From contig JBMFHN010000001.1 in NCBI GenBank assembly GCA_049976805.1, positions 1,265 to 65,264 of the forward strand: 64,000 nt of DNA, in the 5' to 3' direction. Positions 29,300-38,873 of this stretch are shown in pieces. The DNA is from Terracidiphilus sp. (GTDB lineage: Bacteria; Acidobacteriota; Terriglobia; Terriglobales; Acidobacteriaceae). The notes under the pieces were generated by a model. That model worked only from the letters and a program-made list of their open reading frames with translations, was not told the DNA's origin and searched no databases. How positions within the stretch are numbered: position 1 is the stretch's first letter; every line of letters starts with the position of its first letter. The position numbers and the translations under genes are program-made.

Positions 29300-30181
29300 A
29301 TGCGCATCGCAATCGCCAGCGGCAAGGGCGGAACCGGAAAAACGACGGTCAGCACGAATCTGGCTCTTGCCGCAAGCCGGCGCGGCCTGGATACCGCTTA
29401 CATCGACTGCGATGTCGAAGAGCCCAATGGGCAGCTCTTTCTGAAGCCGCAGATCACCGCATCGAATGACGCGGTTCGCACGCACCCGAGCGTGGATGAA
29501 GAAAAATGCGTCCATTGCGGGCGGTGCGGCGAGATCTGTCAATTCAGCGCGATCGTGTGTATCGGCCAGAAGGTTCTTGTTTACCCGGAACTCTGTCATG
29601 GCTGCGGAGGATGCACACTGGTGTGTGATTCGGGCGCCATCAGGGAGGTTTTCGCACGGACAGGAACTGTGGAGACTGGAACCGCTGGCCCCATCCGCTT
29701 TGCGCAGGGCACGCTCCGCATCGGCGAGGCGATGAGCACTCCGCTGATCCGTCAGGTCAAGAAGACGGTGGGCGAGGCGGAGTTGACCATCCTCGATTGC
29801 CCACCCGGCACTTCGTGTCCTGTGATCGAGAGTGTGCGCGGTGCCGATCTGGTTCTGCTGGTGACCGAGCCGACGCCCTTTGGGTTGAACGATCTGCGCC
29901 TGGCCGTCGATATGGTGGCGGCATTGCGTCTGCCGATGGCGGTGCTGATCAACCGTTCCGGGATCGGGGACCGGAAGACATACGAATTCTGCCAGTCCGG
30001 GAACCTTCCGGTTTGGGCTGAAATTCCCGACGACCGCCGCGTGGCCGAAACCTATTCGCGGGGTGAGTTCGCCTATGATACGGTTGTTGAATTTCGCCGG
30101 GCGATCGACCGCGTTCTCGATCAATGCTGCCAGCGGGATTGGAAGGAATCGCTGCGGCAACGCGAGGCAATGCGCAGATGA
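29300..30181 (+). CDS. MinD/ParA-family P-loop ATPase with inserted 2x[4Fe-4S] ferredoxin domain
   Basis: IAIASGKGGTGKTT deviant Walker A. CVHCGRCGEIC and CHGCGGCTLVC ferredoxin motifs. ATG at 29300 with AAGGGAG upstream. Confidence 0.85.
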   Translation: MRIAIASGKGGTGKTTVSTNLALAASRRGLDTAYIDCDVEEPNGQLFLKPQITASNDAVRTHPSVDEEKCVHCGRCGEICQFSAIVCIGQKVLVYPELCHGCGGCTLVCDSGAIREVFARTGTVETGTAGPIRFAQGTLRIGEAMSTPLIRQVKKTVGEAELTILDCPPGTSCPVIESVRGADLVLLVTEPTPFGLNDLRLAVDMVAALRLPMAVLINRSGIGDRKTYEFCQSGNLPVWAEIPDDRRVAETYSRGEFAYDTVVEFRRAIDRVLDQCCQRDWKESLRQREAMRR

Positions 30182-31176
30182 ACTCACTCGTCCAGCTTCG
30201 TTTCCGCAAGGCCCGGCCCGTGAAGGAACTGGTTGTCATCAGTGGCAAGGGAGGCACGGGAAAGACATCGCTGGTGGCATCGTTTGCCGCCTTGCGGGGG
30301 AACGCAGTGCTTGCCGATTGCGACGTCGATGCCTCCAATCTTCATCTGGTGACGGCTCCCCGCATCGTTCACAGCGAGCCGTTCACAGGCGGCAAGCGCG
30401 CCTTCATTGACGTCAATCTCTGCCAGGCCTGCGGCCAGTGCGAGGAGCTTTGCCGGTATGACGCGATTGACAGTGACCCTTCTTGCGGCGCGTCCCTCGT
30501 GGCGAGCTACCGGGTCGATCCGTTGGCGTGTGAGGGTTGCGGCGTCTGCGCCTGGTTTTGTCCGGTGCAGGCGATTCAAATGCGGCCTGTGGTCAGTGGC
30601 GCGTGGTTTGTTTCCGAGACCCGCTTTGGTCCCATGGTCCACGCCCGGCTCGGCGCCGCAGCGGAGAATTCCGGCAAGCTGGTAAGCCTGGTTCGCGCCC
30701 GCGCCCGCCAGATCGCGGCAGAACGCGGAATCGATCTGGTGCTGATCGATGGCTCGCCCGGCATCGGCTGTCCCGTGATTGCGTCGATTACCGGCGCGGA
30801 CCTGGCCGTGATCGTTACCGAACCCACCCCCAGCGGCCTGCATGACATGGAGCGCGTGACCGAGTTGACACGGCATTTCGGCATTCCGGCCGCGCTTTGC
30901 ATGAACAAGTGGGATCTGAACGCCGGCATGAGCCGCCTGATCGAGACAAAAGCCCGGGAACGAGGCGTGACGCTGGCGGGAAGAATTCGCTACGATCAAT
31001 CTGTGACAGAGGCCCAGGTCGAGGGAAAAGCTGTCGTCGAATGCGGCGCGGGAGGCGGCGCGGAAGACATCGGGGAGATATGGAAGGGGATAAGGAAGAT
31101 ACTCGCGGGGAGTGATCCGGATGCGGATCAGTGCCGTTCCCAGAGGGCACTCGCCGATGTAAAGACTGAAGGCTAG
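30178..31176 (+). CDS. MinD/ParA-family P-loop ATPase with inserted 2x[4Fe-4S] ferredoxin domain (paralog)
   Basis: VVISGKGGTGKTS, plus CQACGQCEELC and CEGCGVCAWFC. Its start overlaps the previous stop as ATGA. Confidence 0.85.
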   Translation: MNSLVQLRFRKARPVKELVVISGKGGTGKTSLVASFAALRGNAVLADCDVDASNLHLVTAPRIVHSEPFTGGKRAFIDVNLCQACGQCEELCRYDAIDSDPSCGASLVASYRVDPLACEGCGVCAWFCPVQAIQMRPVVSGAWFVSETRFGPMVHARLGAAAENSGKLVSLVRARARQIAAERGIDLVLIDGSPGIGCPVIASITGADLAVIVTEPTPSGLHDMERVTELTRHFGIPAALCMNKWDLNAGMSRLIETKARERGVTLAGRIRYDQSVTEAQVEGKAVVECGAGGGAEDIGEIWKGIRKILAGSDPDADQCRSQRALADVKTEG

Positions 31177-31309
31177 AAAACGCCCGTCGCATCGGGGAGA
31201 AACAGGATGAGATCGTGCCTCTTCGGGAAATCTCCGTGGCTGCTTTTTCAAGTTTCAGGCTGGCTGCCTGACGTTTTCCAGATGGCGATCCAGAAAGAAG
31301 GAGACTGAA

Positions 31310-32659
31310 ATGAACGCAGGAGAGAAGTTACTCATCATCGGCGGTGGCGGCGGCGGATTCGCGGCGGCCATGCGGGCGAAGGCGCTCATGCCAAACATCG
31401 ATGTTACCCTGGTGCGCAGGGAAAAGCTGTTCATCGTCCGGTGCTCGCTGCCTTACGTGGTTTCCGGCCTGGTGACACCCGAATCCATCGTCAATCCGGA
31501 CCATAAGTTCATCGCATCCGGAATCAATGTCATCGTTGACGAAGTCACAACGGTGGATCCGAAGAGGAATGTCGTCCGCCTTTCGGACGGCCGCGAGCTT
31601 TCCTACGACAAGCTGGTCATGGCAACAGGAGCCAGCCCGGTGATGCCCCCGATCGAGGGGCGGGATCTCGGGGGAGTCTTTATGCTGCGAAGCCTTTCGG
31701 ACGCTGAAAGGATTCGTGCTTTCATGCAGGAGCAGAAGCCCCGGAAGTTAATCTTCGTCGGAGCGGGATTCATTACTCTGGAGCTTGCCGCCGGCATCCT
31801 GAGTTTATCTCCGGGAAGTTATCAGATTACCATTGTTGAACTGCTGGATCGCCCTCTGCCCATGATGCTGGATCCGGAATTCAGTGAAAAGATCCGCGGC
31901 TATTTGATTGAAAAAGGCATGAAAATGCAGATGGGAAGAAAGGTGGAAAAGATTCTTGGAAGGGACGGAACCGTGGACGGCGTACTGCTGGACAACGGTG
32001 AACGACTCGACGCCGATATGGTTTTTCTGAATGTCGGGGTGCGGGCGAACCTGGATCTGGCAAAACAGATCGGCCTCGAGACGGGCCGTTTCGGCATCAA
32101 GACCAATGAATACATGGAAACCTCGCAACCCAACATCTTTGCCCTGGGCGATTGCGCCGAGAAGAAGCACTTCATCACCGGAAAGCCCGTGCCGGGCGTT
32201 CTTCGCGGTCCGGCCATCATCGCGGGCCGGCATATCGCGAAAAGACTGGCCGGATACGATGTGCCGTTTCCAGGCGTGCTTGACAATGCGGTGGTCAAAC
32301 TTTTTGACAAGAGCATAGCGTTCGTCGGGCTTACGGAAAAACAGGCCAGGGAAGAGGGATTCGAGCCGGTATGCGCCACGGTGGAATCCCGAAGCAAGCA
32401 TGCCATGATGCCGGGGGTAAAACCGTGGACGATCAAGCTCGTCTTTGACAGAAAAAGCAAGAAGCTGATCGGCGGTCAGATACTGAGCGACGCTGAGGCT
32501 CCCGCCAAGGAAATCGACACGGTCAATGCGCTGATACTGGGTGGCAAGACGGTCTATGATCTCTGCTCGCTCATGTGTGCCGGCCAGCCGGAAATGTCTT
32601 CAGAACCCAGTGCGGAGCCGATCTGCATCGCCGCGGAACAGGCTTTGGTGAAGATGTAA
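31310..32659 (+). CDS. FAD-dependent pyridine nucleotide-disulfide oxidoreductase, NADH oxidase/CoA-disulfide reductase family (single redox Cys)
   Basis: LLIIGGGGGGFAAA, active-site-like FIVRCSLPYVV, second Rossmann fold FVGAGFITLE, and ALGDCA. AT-richer codon usage than the surrounding genes. Confidence 0.85.
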   Translation: MNAGEKLLIIGGGGGGFAAAMRAKALMPNIDVTLVRREKLFIVRCSLPYVVSGLVTPESIVNPDHKFIASGINVIVDEVTTVDPKRNVVRLSDGRELSYDKLVMATGASPVMPPIEGRDLGGVFMLRSLSDAERIRAFMQEQKPRKLIFVGAGFITLELAAGILSLSPGSYQITIVELLDRPLPMMLDPEFSEKIRGYLIEKGMKMQMGRKVEKILGRDGTVDGVLLDNGERLDADMVFLNVGVRANLDLAKQIGLETGRFGIKTNEYMETSQPNIFALGDCAEKKHFITGKPVPGVLRGPAIIAGRHIAKRLAGYDVPFPGVLDNAVVKLFDKSIAFVGLTEKQAREEGFEPVCATVESRSKHAMMPGVKPWTIKLVFDRKSKKLIGGQILSDAEAPAKEIDTVNALILGGKTVYDLCSLMCAGQPEMSSEPSAEPICIAAEQALVKM

Positions 32660-32985
32660 TATCTCCGGTCTTACGCGCTGGCATCCTCTTTCGCGATGTT
32701 TTTGCGCGGTCAGCGCGACGCGCTTTGCCGGCATGAGGCGATCCATGCGGACAAAGCCGCCACGTGTCCCTTGTGCGAAAGGCCGGATCGATCCTCTGAC
32801 AGGCGAGGGATCGAGGCGGCGGCGCCGCGGGTTCTTTCCGGCATCTGGAATGAAGTCATCGCGTGACTCGCCGGGGGAAAAGGAGCAGATCTTCGGCTTC
32901 AACGGAGAGCAGGAAGATCTTTCCAGGCGCACCTGATTTACATTGAAGATGGACCCTATTTTTCCAATTCTCATTACGGGGAGTT

Positions 32986-34638
32986 ATGACCAGGAAACGT
33001 GTGGTGATCGTAGGCGGAGTTGCCGGGGGTGCGACTTGCGCCGCGCGGTTGCGGCGTCTTGATGAACAAGTGGAAATTCTGCTTCTTGACCGCGGACCGT
33101 ATGTGTCTTTTGCAAATTGCGGACTGCCCTATTACGTGGGGAACCAGATCCACGACGAGGCGAAGCTGCTGCTGGCAACGCCGGCCCTTTTCAAAGAGCG
33201 TTTCAACATCGAGGTCCGGACCCGCAACGAGGCTCTTGCCATCAACCGCGAGGCGCGCACGGTCAAAGTCCGCGACCTGATCACGGGACGCGAGTCTGAC
33301 GAGCCTTACGACCAGCTTGTGCTGTCGCCGGGGGCGTCGCCGATCCGGCCGCGGTGGAGCGGGATTCACCTGCCGGGCATCTTTACCTTGCGCACCATTC
33401 CCGACAGCCGCGAGATCCGCGACTGGATCGATTCACGGCATCCGCAGAAGGCGATTGTCGTCGGAGGCGGATTTATTGGTCTTGAAATGGCCGAAAACCT
33501 TGCTCATCGCGGCATCAAGGTGACCGTTGTCGAGCTGGCCAACCAACTGATGCCGCCGCTTGATCCGGAGATGGCCGAGTATGCCCGCCAGCAACTGGTT
33601 TCTCACGGGGTGGGAATCTCGCTCGGGGACGGTGTCGCTGGTTTTGAGCAGTCCGGGGGCGGTGGATTGACAGTGCGTACGCAGGCCGGCGCCGTTTTCG
33701 ATGCCGATCTTGTCATGCTTGCCATCGGGGTGCGGCCGGAGACGAAGCTTGCTCATGACGCGGGCCTGGAGATGGGCGACCGTGGCGGGATTCGCGTCGA
33801 TGGCTCCATGCGCACAAGCGATCCGCATATTCTGGCCATCGGCGACGCTGTCGAAGTGAAGAACCGCGTCACCGGGCAGTGGGAATTGATTCCTCTGGCC
33901 GGTCCAGCGAACCGCCAGGCCAGGACCGCGGCCGATGCGATCTGCGGCCGCGACAAGCACTTCGACGGAGTGCTCGGAACCTCCGTGTGTGGCTTCTTTG
34001 GCCTGACCGTTGCCATGACTGGAGCAACGGAGAAAGCCCTGCTTCGTGCCGGAAGGACGGACTATCAGGCCGTGTACCTGCACACCAATCAGCACGTCAC
34101 CTACTACCCGGGCGCGCGTCCCATCCACTTCAAGCTGCTCTTTCGGAAATCAGATGGCCTGGTATTGGGCGCGCAGGCAGTCGGCGGAGATGGCGTTGCC
34201 CGCCGAATTGATGCGCTGGCTCTTGCCATCCAGATGAAGGCAACCGTTTTCGACCTGGAAGATGCGGAGCTTTGCTACGCGCCCCAGTACGGCTCGGCAA
34301 AAGATCCGGTCAATCTGGCTGGCATGGTGGCCGCCAATGTTCTGCGGGGAGATGTGGAGATTGCTCCGTGGAGCAATCTTCATTCGGAACGGGTTTTTCT
34401 TTTGGATGTTCGCGATCCGAACGAGTACCGCTCCGATGCCGTTCCTGGATCTCGAAACATTCCGCTGGGGCAGTTGCGTTCGCGGTTGCACGAGCTGCCA
34501 CGGTCAGGCGAGATATGGGTGAACTGCGCCATCGGTCAGCGCGGTTACTACGCGTGCAGGATCCTCACACAGAACGGATTCCGCGCGCGCAACCTTTGCG
34601 GAGGCGTCCAGACTTATCGGGCGCTCTACCCCGCTTGA
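32986..34638 (+). CDS. CoA-disulfide/persulfide reductase fused to a C-terminal rhodanese domain (CoADR-RHD)
   Basis: VVIVGGVAGGATCA and SFANCGLPYYVG (redox Cys). The C-terminal rhodanese part is LLDVRDPNEYRSDAVPGSRNIPL...IWVNCAIGQRGYYA. Confidence 0.9.
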   Translation: MTRKRVVIVGGVAGGATCAARLRRLDEQVEILLLDRGPYVSFANCGLPYYVGNQIHDEAKLLLATPALFKERFNIEVRTRNEALAINREARTVKVRDLITGRESDEPYDQLVLSPGASPIRPRWSGIHLPGIFTLRTIPDSREIRDWIDSRHPQKAIVVGGGFIGLEMAENLAHRGIKVTVVELANQLMPPLDPEMAEYARQQLVSHGVGISLGDGVAGFEQSGGGGLTVRTQAGAVFDADLVMLAIGVRPETKLAHDAGLEMGDRGGIRVDGSMRTSDPHILAIGDAVEVKNRVTGQWELIPLAGPANRQARTAADAICGRDKHFDGVLGTSVCGFFGLTVAMTGATEKALLRAGRTDYQAVYLHTNQHVTYYPGARPIHFKLLFRKSDGLVLGAQAVGGDGVARRIDALALAIQMKATVFDLEDAELCYAPQYGSAKDPVNLAGMVAANVLRGDVEIAPWSNLHSERVFLLDVRDPNEYRSDAVPGSRNIPLGQLRSRLHELPRSGEIWVNCAIGQRGYYACRILTQNGFRARNLCGGVQTYRALYPA

Positions 34639-34795
34639 TTCTCCGCGGTATCCCTCCGGCAGGCATGGATACCGCGGGAAAGACCATGGGCCCTGGCAGG
34701 ATGCCTCTCCCGTTGCCAGCTTCCTGAAGCGCAGGTGTACGATTGCAGATGCAAAGATTTGCAGCAAGCTTGCAATTTGTCTGCGGAGGCTTTTC

Positions 34796-37700
34796 ATGAT
34801 GTTTGCGCTTTCCAGGAGTGCCAGCCGGTTTGCCGTGCTCGTTACCGTGTTGGTCGCCGTTGCTTTGGCGACCATCACCCAAATTCCCGCTCAAGCTCAA
34901 GCCGCAACCCGCTTGTTGCGCTTTCCCGACATTCATGGCAGCCAAATCGTCTTCAGCTATGCCGGCGACCTGTGGCTGACCAGCACTGCGGGCGGCACTG
35001 CCCGGCGCATGACCACCAGCCCGGGGCTCGAGATCTTCCCGCACTTCTCGCCCGACGGCAAATGGATCGCCTTCACCGGCCAGTACGACGGCAACTTCAA
35101 CGTTTACGTGATTCCGGCCTCTGGCGGCCAGCCCCGCCAGCTCACTTTCGTTCCGGATATCGGCCCGGTGCCCGAACGCATGGGCCCCAACAACGAAGTG
35201 ATCGCCTGGACACCCGACTCGAAGCGGATCGTCTTCCTCTCCCGCCGCAGTTCCTACAACAGCTGGTTCGGCCAGCTCTGGAGCGTCAGCGTCGATGGCG
35301 GGCTGCCCACGCGCCTGGCCATCGACCGCGGCGGCCTGCTGGCCTTCAACGCCGACGGCTCGGAGATGGTCTATAACCGCATCTTCCGCAACTTCCGGAC
35401 CTGGAAGAAATACACCGGCGGCATGGCCCAGAAGCTTTCCCTGTGGAACTTCAAGACCCACCAGTACGAGCAGCTCACGAGCGACAAGTGGACCGACACC
35501 TATCCCATGTGGAACGGCGGCGACACGGTCTATTTTGTCTCCGACCGGGGCCCCGACCACCGTCTGAACCTCTACTCGCTCGACCTGAAGTCGCGCGATG
35601 TCCGCCAACTGACCCACTTCACCGACTTCGACGTTGAGTGGCCCAGTCTGAACGGCAACCAGATCGTCTTCCAGTACGGCGGCTGGCTCTACCTCTACGA
35701 CATCCAGACAGGAAAATCACGCCAGCTCGAGATTCAGGCCGCGGGTGACTTCGACCAGGCGCGCAAGCACTGGGATGCCACCGCCAAGCTGATCGATTCC
35801 TACTCCCTTTCGCCGGACGGCCAGCGCGCCGCGTTCACCGCCCGCGGCCAGGTCTACACCGTTCCCGCCGAGCATGGCTCGGCGCGCGATCTGACGACCG
35901 AACCCGGCATCCGCCGCGAAAGTGTCGCCTGGTCGCCGGATGGCCGCTGGGTCGCCTACGTCAGCGACCGGACCGGCGAGCAGGCCATCTACATTCGCCC
36001 GCAGAACGGTCTTGGCCCGGCGCAGCAGATCACCGCCGGAGGAACCGAGTTTCTCATGCAGCCGGTCTGGTCTCCGGACAGCTCCAAGCTGGCCTGGGCC
36101 GACAGTTCCTGCAATCTCTATTACATCGGGGTCGACAGCAAAAAGCCGGTTCTCATCGACCACTCGAAGTACGCCGAGATTACCAACTACGCCTGGTCGC
36201 CCGATTCCAAATGGGTCACCTACGACAAGACGCTTGAAAACATGTATTCCGTGATCGAGCTTTATTCACTTGCCGACAACAAGGTTACGCCGGCCACGAC
36301 CGACTTCTACTCGTCCTTCGATCCGGTCTTCGATCCCGCGGGCAAGTACCTCTATTTCCTCTCTCTGCGCACTTTCAATGAGGTCCTCGGCACCTTCGAC
36401 GACATGGAATTTGCCAACCCGCAGGCGGCCAAGGTGTATGCCATCACCCTCCGGGCCGATGAGCCCTCGCCCTTTGCCCCGGAAAGCGACGAGGTGAAGG
36501 TGACGGCCCCGGCAGGTGCCGCTGCCCCGGTTGCCTCCGCGCAGTCCCCTGCGGCCAAGTCTGCCGGTACGGGCGCTGCCGGCGCGAAAAAGGAAGAAAA
36601 AACCGCGGAGAAAATCCCCTTCCGCATCGACCTGGGCGGAATCGAGAGCCGGATCGTCGTGTTTCCCATGCCTCCCGGCAATCTTGGCAATCTGGCCGCC
36701 AGCGAGGACCGCGTCTACTATTCTTCCCTGCCCACACAGGGTCTGACCGGCCCGCTGCCGGCGCTCAAGGCGGAGATTCACGTCTTCGACATGAAAAAGC
36801 GCAAAGACACGGTTCTTCTTGCCGGCGCCTCCGCCTTTGTTGTTTCTTTTGACGGCAAAAAGCTCCTCTACCAGGCGCCCCATCACCAGTACGGCATCCT
36901 TGACACCGCTCCCGCCGCCAGCCCGCATCACGCCGGCGACGGCGCCCTTAACCTCACCGGCCTGCGCGCCGACATCGATCCCCGCGCCGAGTGGAAGCAG
37001 ATGTTCGACGAGGCCTGGCGCCAGGAGCGCACCTACTTCTACAACAAGGACATGAACGGCTTCGACTGGCCCGCTCTGCGCGTCAAGTACGAAGCGCTGC
37101 TGCCTTACGTACAGGACCGCTACGATCTCAATTACCTCATCGGCGAGATGTTCGGCGAGCTGTCGGAATCGCACATGTATGTCGGCGGCGGCGACTTCCC
37201 CGATCTGCATCCCGTCAATGTGGGCATGCTGGGCGTCGACTTCGCGCTCGATGCCTCGAGTGGCCGCTACCAGTTTGCCCGCATCCTTGCCGGCGACAAC
37301 TGGGATTCCGAGTTGCGCTCTCCGCTCACCGAGCCCGGCGTCGATGTGCACGCGGGCGACTACCTGCTGGCCGTCAACGGCAGCCAGCTCAAGGCGCCGG
37401 AAAACCCCTATGCGCTGTTTGTCGATACGGCCGGCCAGAACGTGACCCTGACCGTCAACTCCAAGCCCACCCTGCAGGGCGCGCGCGAAGTTGTGGTCAA
37501 GCCGCTGGACAACGAGTACAGCCTGCACGAAATGGACTGGATCCGCAGCAATCGCGAGAAGGTCGACAGGCTCAGCGGAGGCAAGATCGGCTACGTCTAC
37601 CTGCCCGACATGGAAGGCGTCGGGCTGAACGAATTCGTCCGCCAGTATTTCCCGCAGATTCGCAAACAGGGGATCATCTTCGATGTCCGCTATAACGGCG

Positions 37701-38200
37701 GCGGCTTCGTCGACCAGATCGTCCTCGAACGCCTCCGCCGCATTCTCGCCGGCATGCAAGAGGCGCGCAACTGGGCCCCGAACACGATTCCCGACAACGT
37801 CTTCAACGGCTACATGGCCTGCGTCACCAACCACTACGCCGCCTCGGACGGCGACATCTTCACTTATTACTTCAAGTGGTACAAACTGGGCCCGGTGGTC
37901 GGCACCCGCACATGGGGCGGCGTGCGCGGCATTCGCGGCTATATTCCACTCCTGGACGGCGGCTACATTACGCGTTCCGAGTTCGCGCTCTACAGCAACG
38001 ACAGCCAGTGGATTGTCGAGAACCACGGCGTTGAGCCGGACATCATCGTCGAAGACACGCCCGACAAACTGGCCGCCGGCCAGGACCCGCAGCTGGACAA
38101 GGCCGTCGATTTGCTTCTGCAGCAGATCAAGGCGCACCCCAAGACGCTTCCGCCGCCGCCGCCCGGTTTACCCGCTTACCCGAGTGGCCCGGGAATCTAG
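34796..38200 (+). CDS. Tricorn protease homolog (beta-propellers, PDZ and S41 peptidase domains), secreted
   Basis: 1134 aa. Signal peptide, LLRFPDIHGSQIVFSYAGDLWL, FSPDGKWIAF and C-terminal GYVYLPDM...VRYNGGG...WGGVRGI (S41 tail-specific protease-like). Confidence 0.9.
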   Translation: MMFALSRSASRFAVLVTVLVAVALATITQIPAQAQAATRLLRFPDIHGSQIVFSYAGDLWLTSTAGGTARRMTTSPGLEIFPHFSPDGKWIAFTGQYDGNFNVYVIPASGGQPRQLTFVPDIGPVPERMGPNNEVIAWTPDSKRIVFLSRRSSYNSWFGQLWSVSVDGGLPTRLAIDRGGLLAFNADGSEMVYNRIFRNFRTWKKYTGGMAQKLSLWNFKTHQYEQLTSDKWTDTYPMWNGGDTVYFVSDRGPDHRLNLYSLDLKSRDVRQLTHFTDFDVEWPSLNGNQIVFQYGGWLYLYDIQTGKSRQLEIQAAGDFDQARKHWDATAKLIDSYSLSPDGQRAAFTARGQVYTVPAEHGSARDLTTEPGIRRESVAWSPDGRWVAYVSDRTGEQAIYIRPQNGLGPAQQITAGGTEFLMQPVWSPDSSKLAWADSSCNLYYIGVDSKKPVLIDHSKYAEITNYAWSPDSKWVTYDKTLENMYSVIELYSLADNKVTPATTDFYSSFDPVFDPAGKYLYFLSLRTFNEVLGTFDDMEFANPQAAKVYAITLRADEPSPFAPESDEVKVTAPAGAAAPVASAQSPAAKSAGTGAAGAKKEEKTAEKIPFRIDLGGIESRIVVFPMPPGNLGNLAASEDRVYYSSLPTQGLTGPLPALKAEIHVFDMKKRKDTVLLAGASAFVVSFDGKKLLYQAPHHQYGILDTAPAASPHHAGDGALNLTGLRADIDPRAEWKQMFDEAWRQERTYFYNKDMNGFDWPALRVKYEALLPYVQDRYDLNYLIGEMFGELSESHMYVGGGDFPDLHPVNVGMLGVDFALDASSGRYQFARILAGDNWDSELRSPLTEPGVDVHAGDYLLAVNGSQLKAPENPYALFVDTAGQNVTLTVNSKPTLQGAREVVVKPLDNEYSLHEMDWIRSNREKVDRLSGGKIGYVYLPDMEGVGLNEFVRQYFPQIRKQGIIFDVRYNGGGFVDQIVLERLRRILAGMQEARNWAPNTIPDNVFNGYMACVTNHYAASDGDIFTYYFKWYKLGPVVGTRTWGGVRGIRGYIPLLDGGYITRSEFALYSNDSQWIVENHGVEPDIIVEDTPDKLAAGQDPQLDKAVDLLLQQIKAHPKTLPPPPPGLPAYPSGPGI

Positions 38201-38873
38201 CCCGGTTCGCTGTGCGAAGAAAAGAAGAACCGCATGAAGGGCGGTTGACCGAACCAAAGAGATGGGCCGCACTGCGCGGGAGGAGAAACCGATTCTGGCG
38301 AAAGATCTGCGCTGCAGACAACTCGACCTGCGCAGGTTCTGTTCTCCGGAAGTGACAGCGCAGCGCCGCTCGCATGCTTCCAGCCGCGTTCTGGTCGAGA
38401 CTGTTCGGCACCAGACGCGGCTGCCGGTGTTCCGCAGTCTTTTGCGGATGGGAGAAACCTTCCCGGCAAAGATGGAAATCCGGACCTTGCTGCGGGTGAA
38501 GGAAGCAGGGGAGTGTGCGAAACTGCATTCTGAGCGGGATCACGAACTGGATCAGTGCAGAGGGAAAATCGAATCTCCGCGGAAAGGGAAAGCGGCGCTC
38601 CGGCAGGTGCTGAGCCCGCCGCGGCAGGCTCAGCCGGTTGCAGCGGCGATTGGGGTGGCGATCGGCAGCACTTCATGCTGACTGAACGGACCACGGCCGA
38701 TACAGGGGTGATCCGCGCCAGAAGGTTTCTGGCGTGGGCCGGGCAGTCGGAGGCTCCAGACCGGGGCGGCAGGAGTGATCAATCGCGCCGGCGGGGCTCC
38801 CCGGACTTCCCGGCATCCTGAAGGATGCCGGCCCGGCCTGTCGCTGTCTGCGCCGATCACATCGAAAGGCCAT

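Noticed and set aside
36266-38137. 623-aa ORF antisense to the tricorn protease gene. The same applies to 39478..41361(+) opposite glmS, 46866..48188(+) opposite glgP, 43984..44937(-) opposite ppiD, 58073..59464(-) opposite the mqn-family gene at 58454-59500, 59260..60996(-) opposite the hemN-like gene at 59686-61164, and 62999..63919(-) opposite purM
   Set aside because: Same reasoning. The sense strand has clear conserved motifs, and the antisense products are compositionally biased and family-less.
38460-38510. GAAGGAAGCAG motif reminiscent of SRP RNA domain IV
   Set aside because: The flanking sequence does not form the conserved GNAR-capped helix or the symmetric and asymmetric loops of 4.5S RNA. 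It is probably a chance match.
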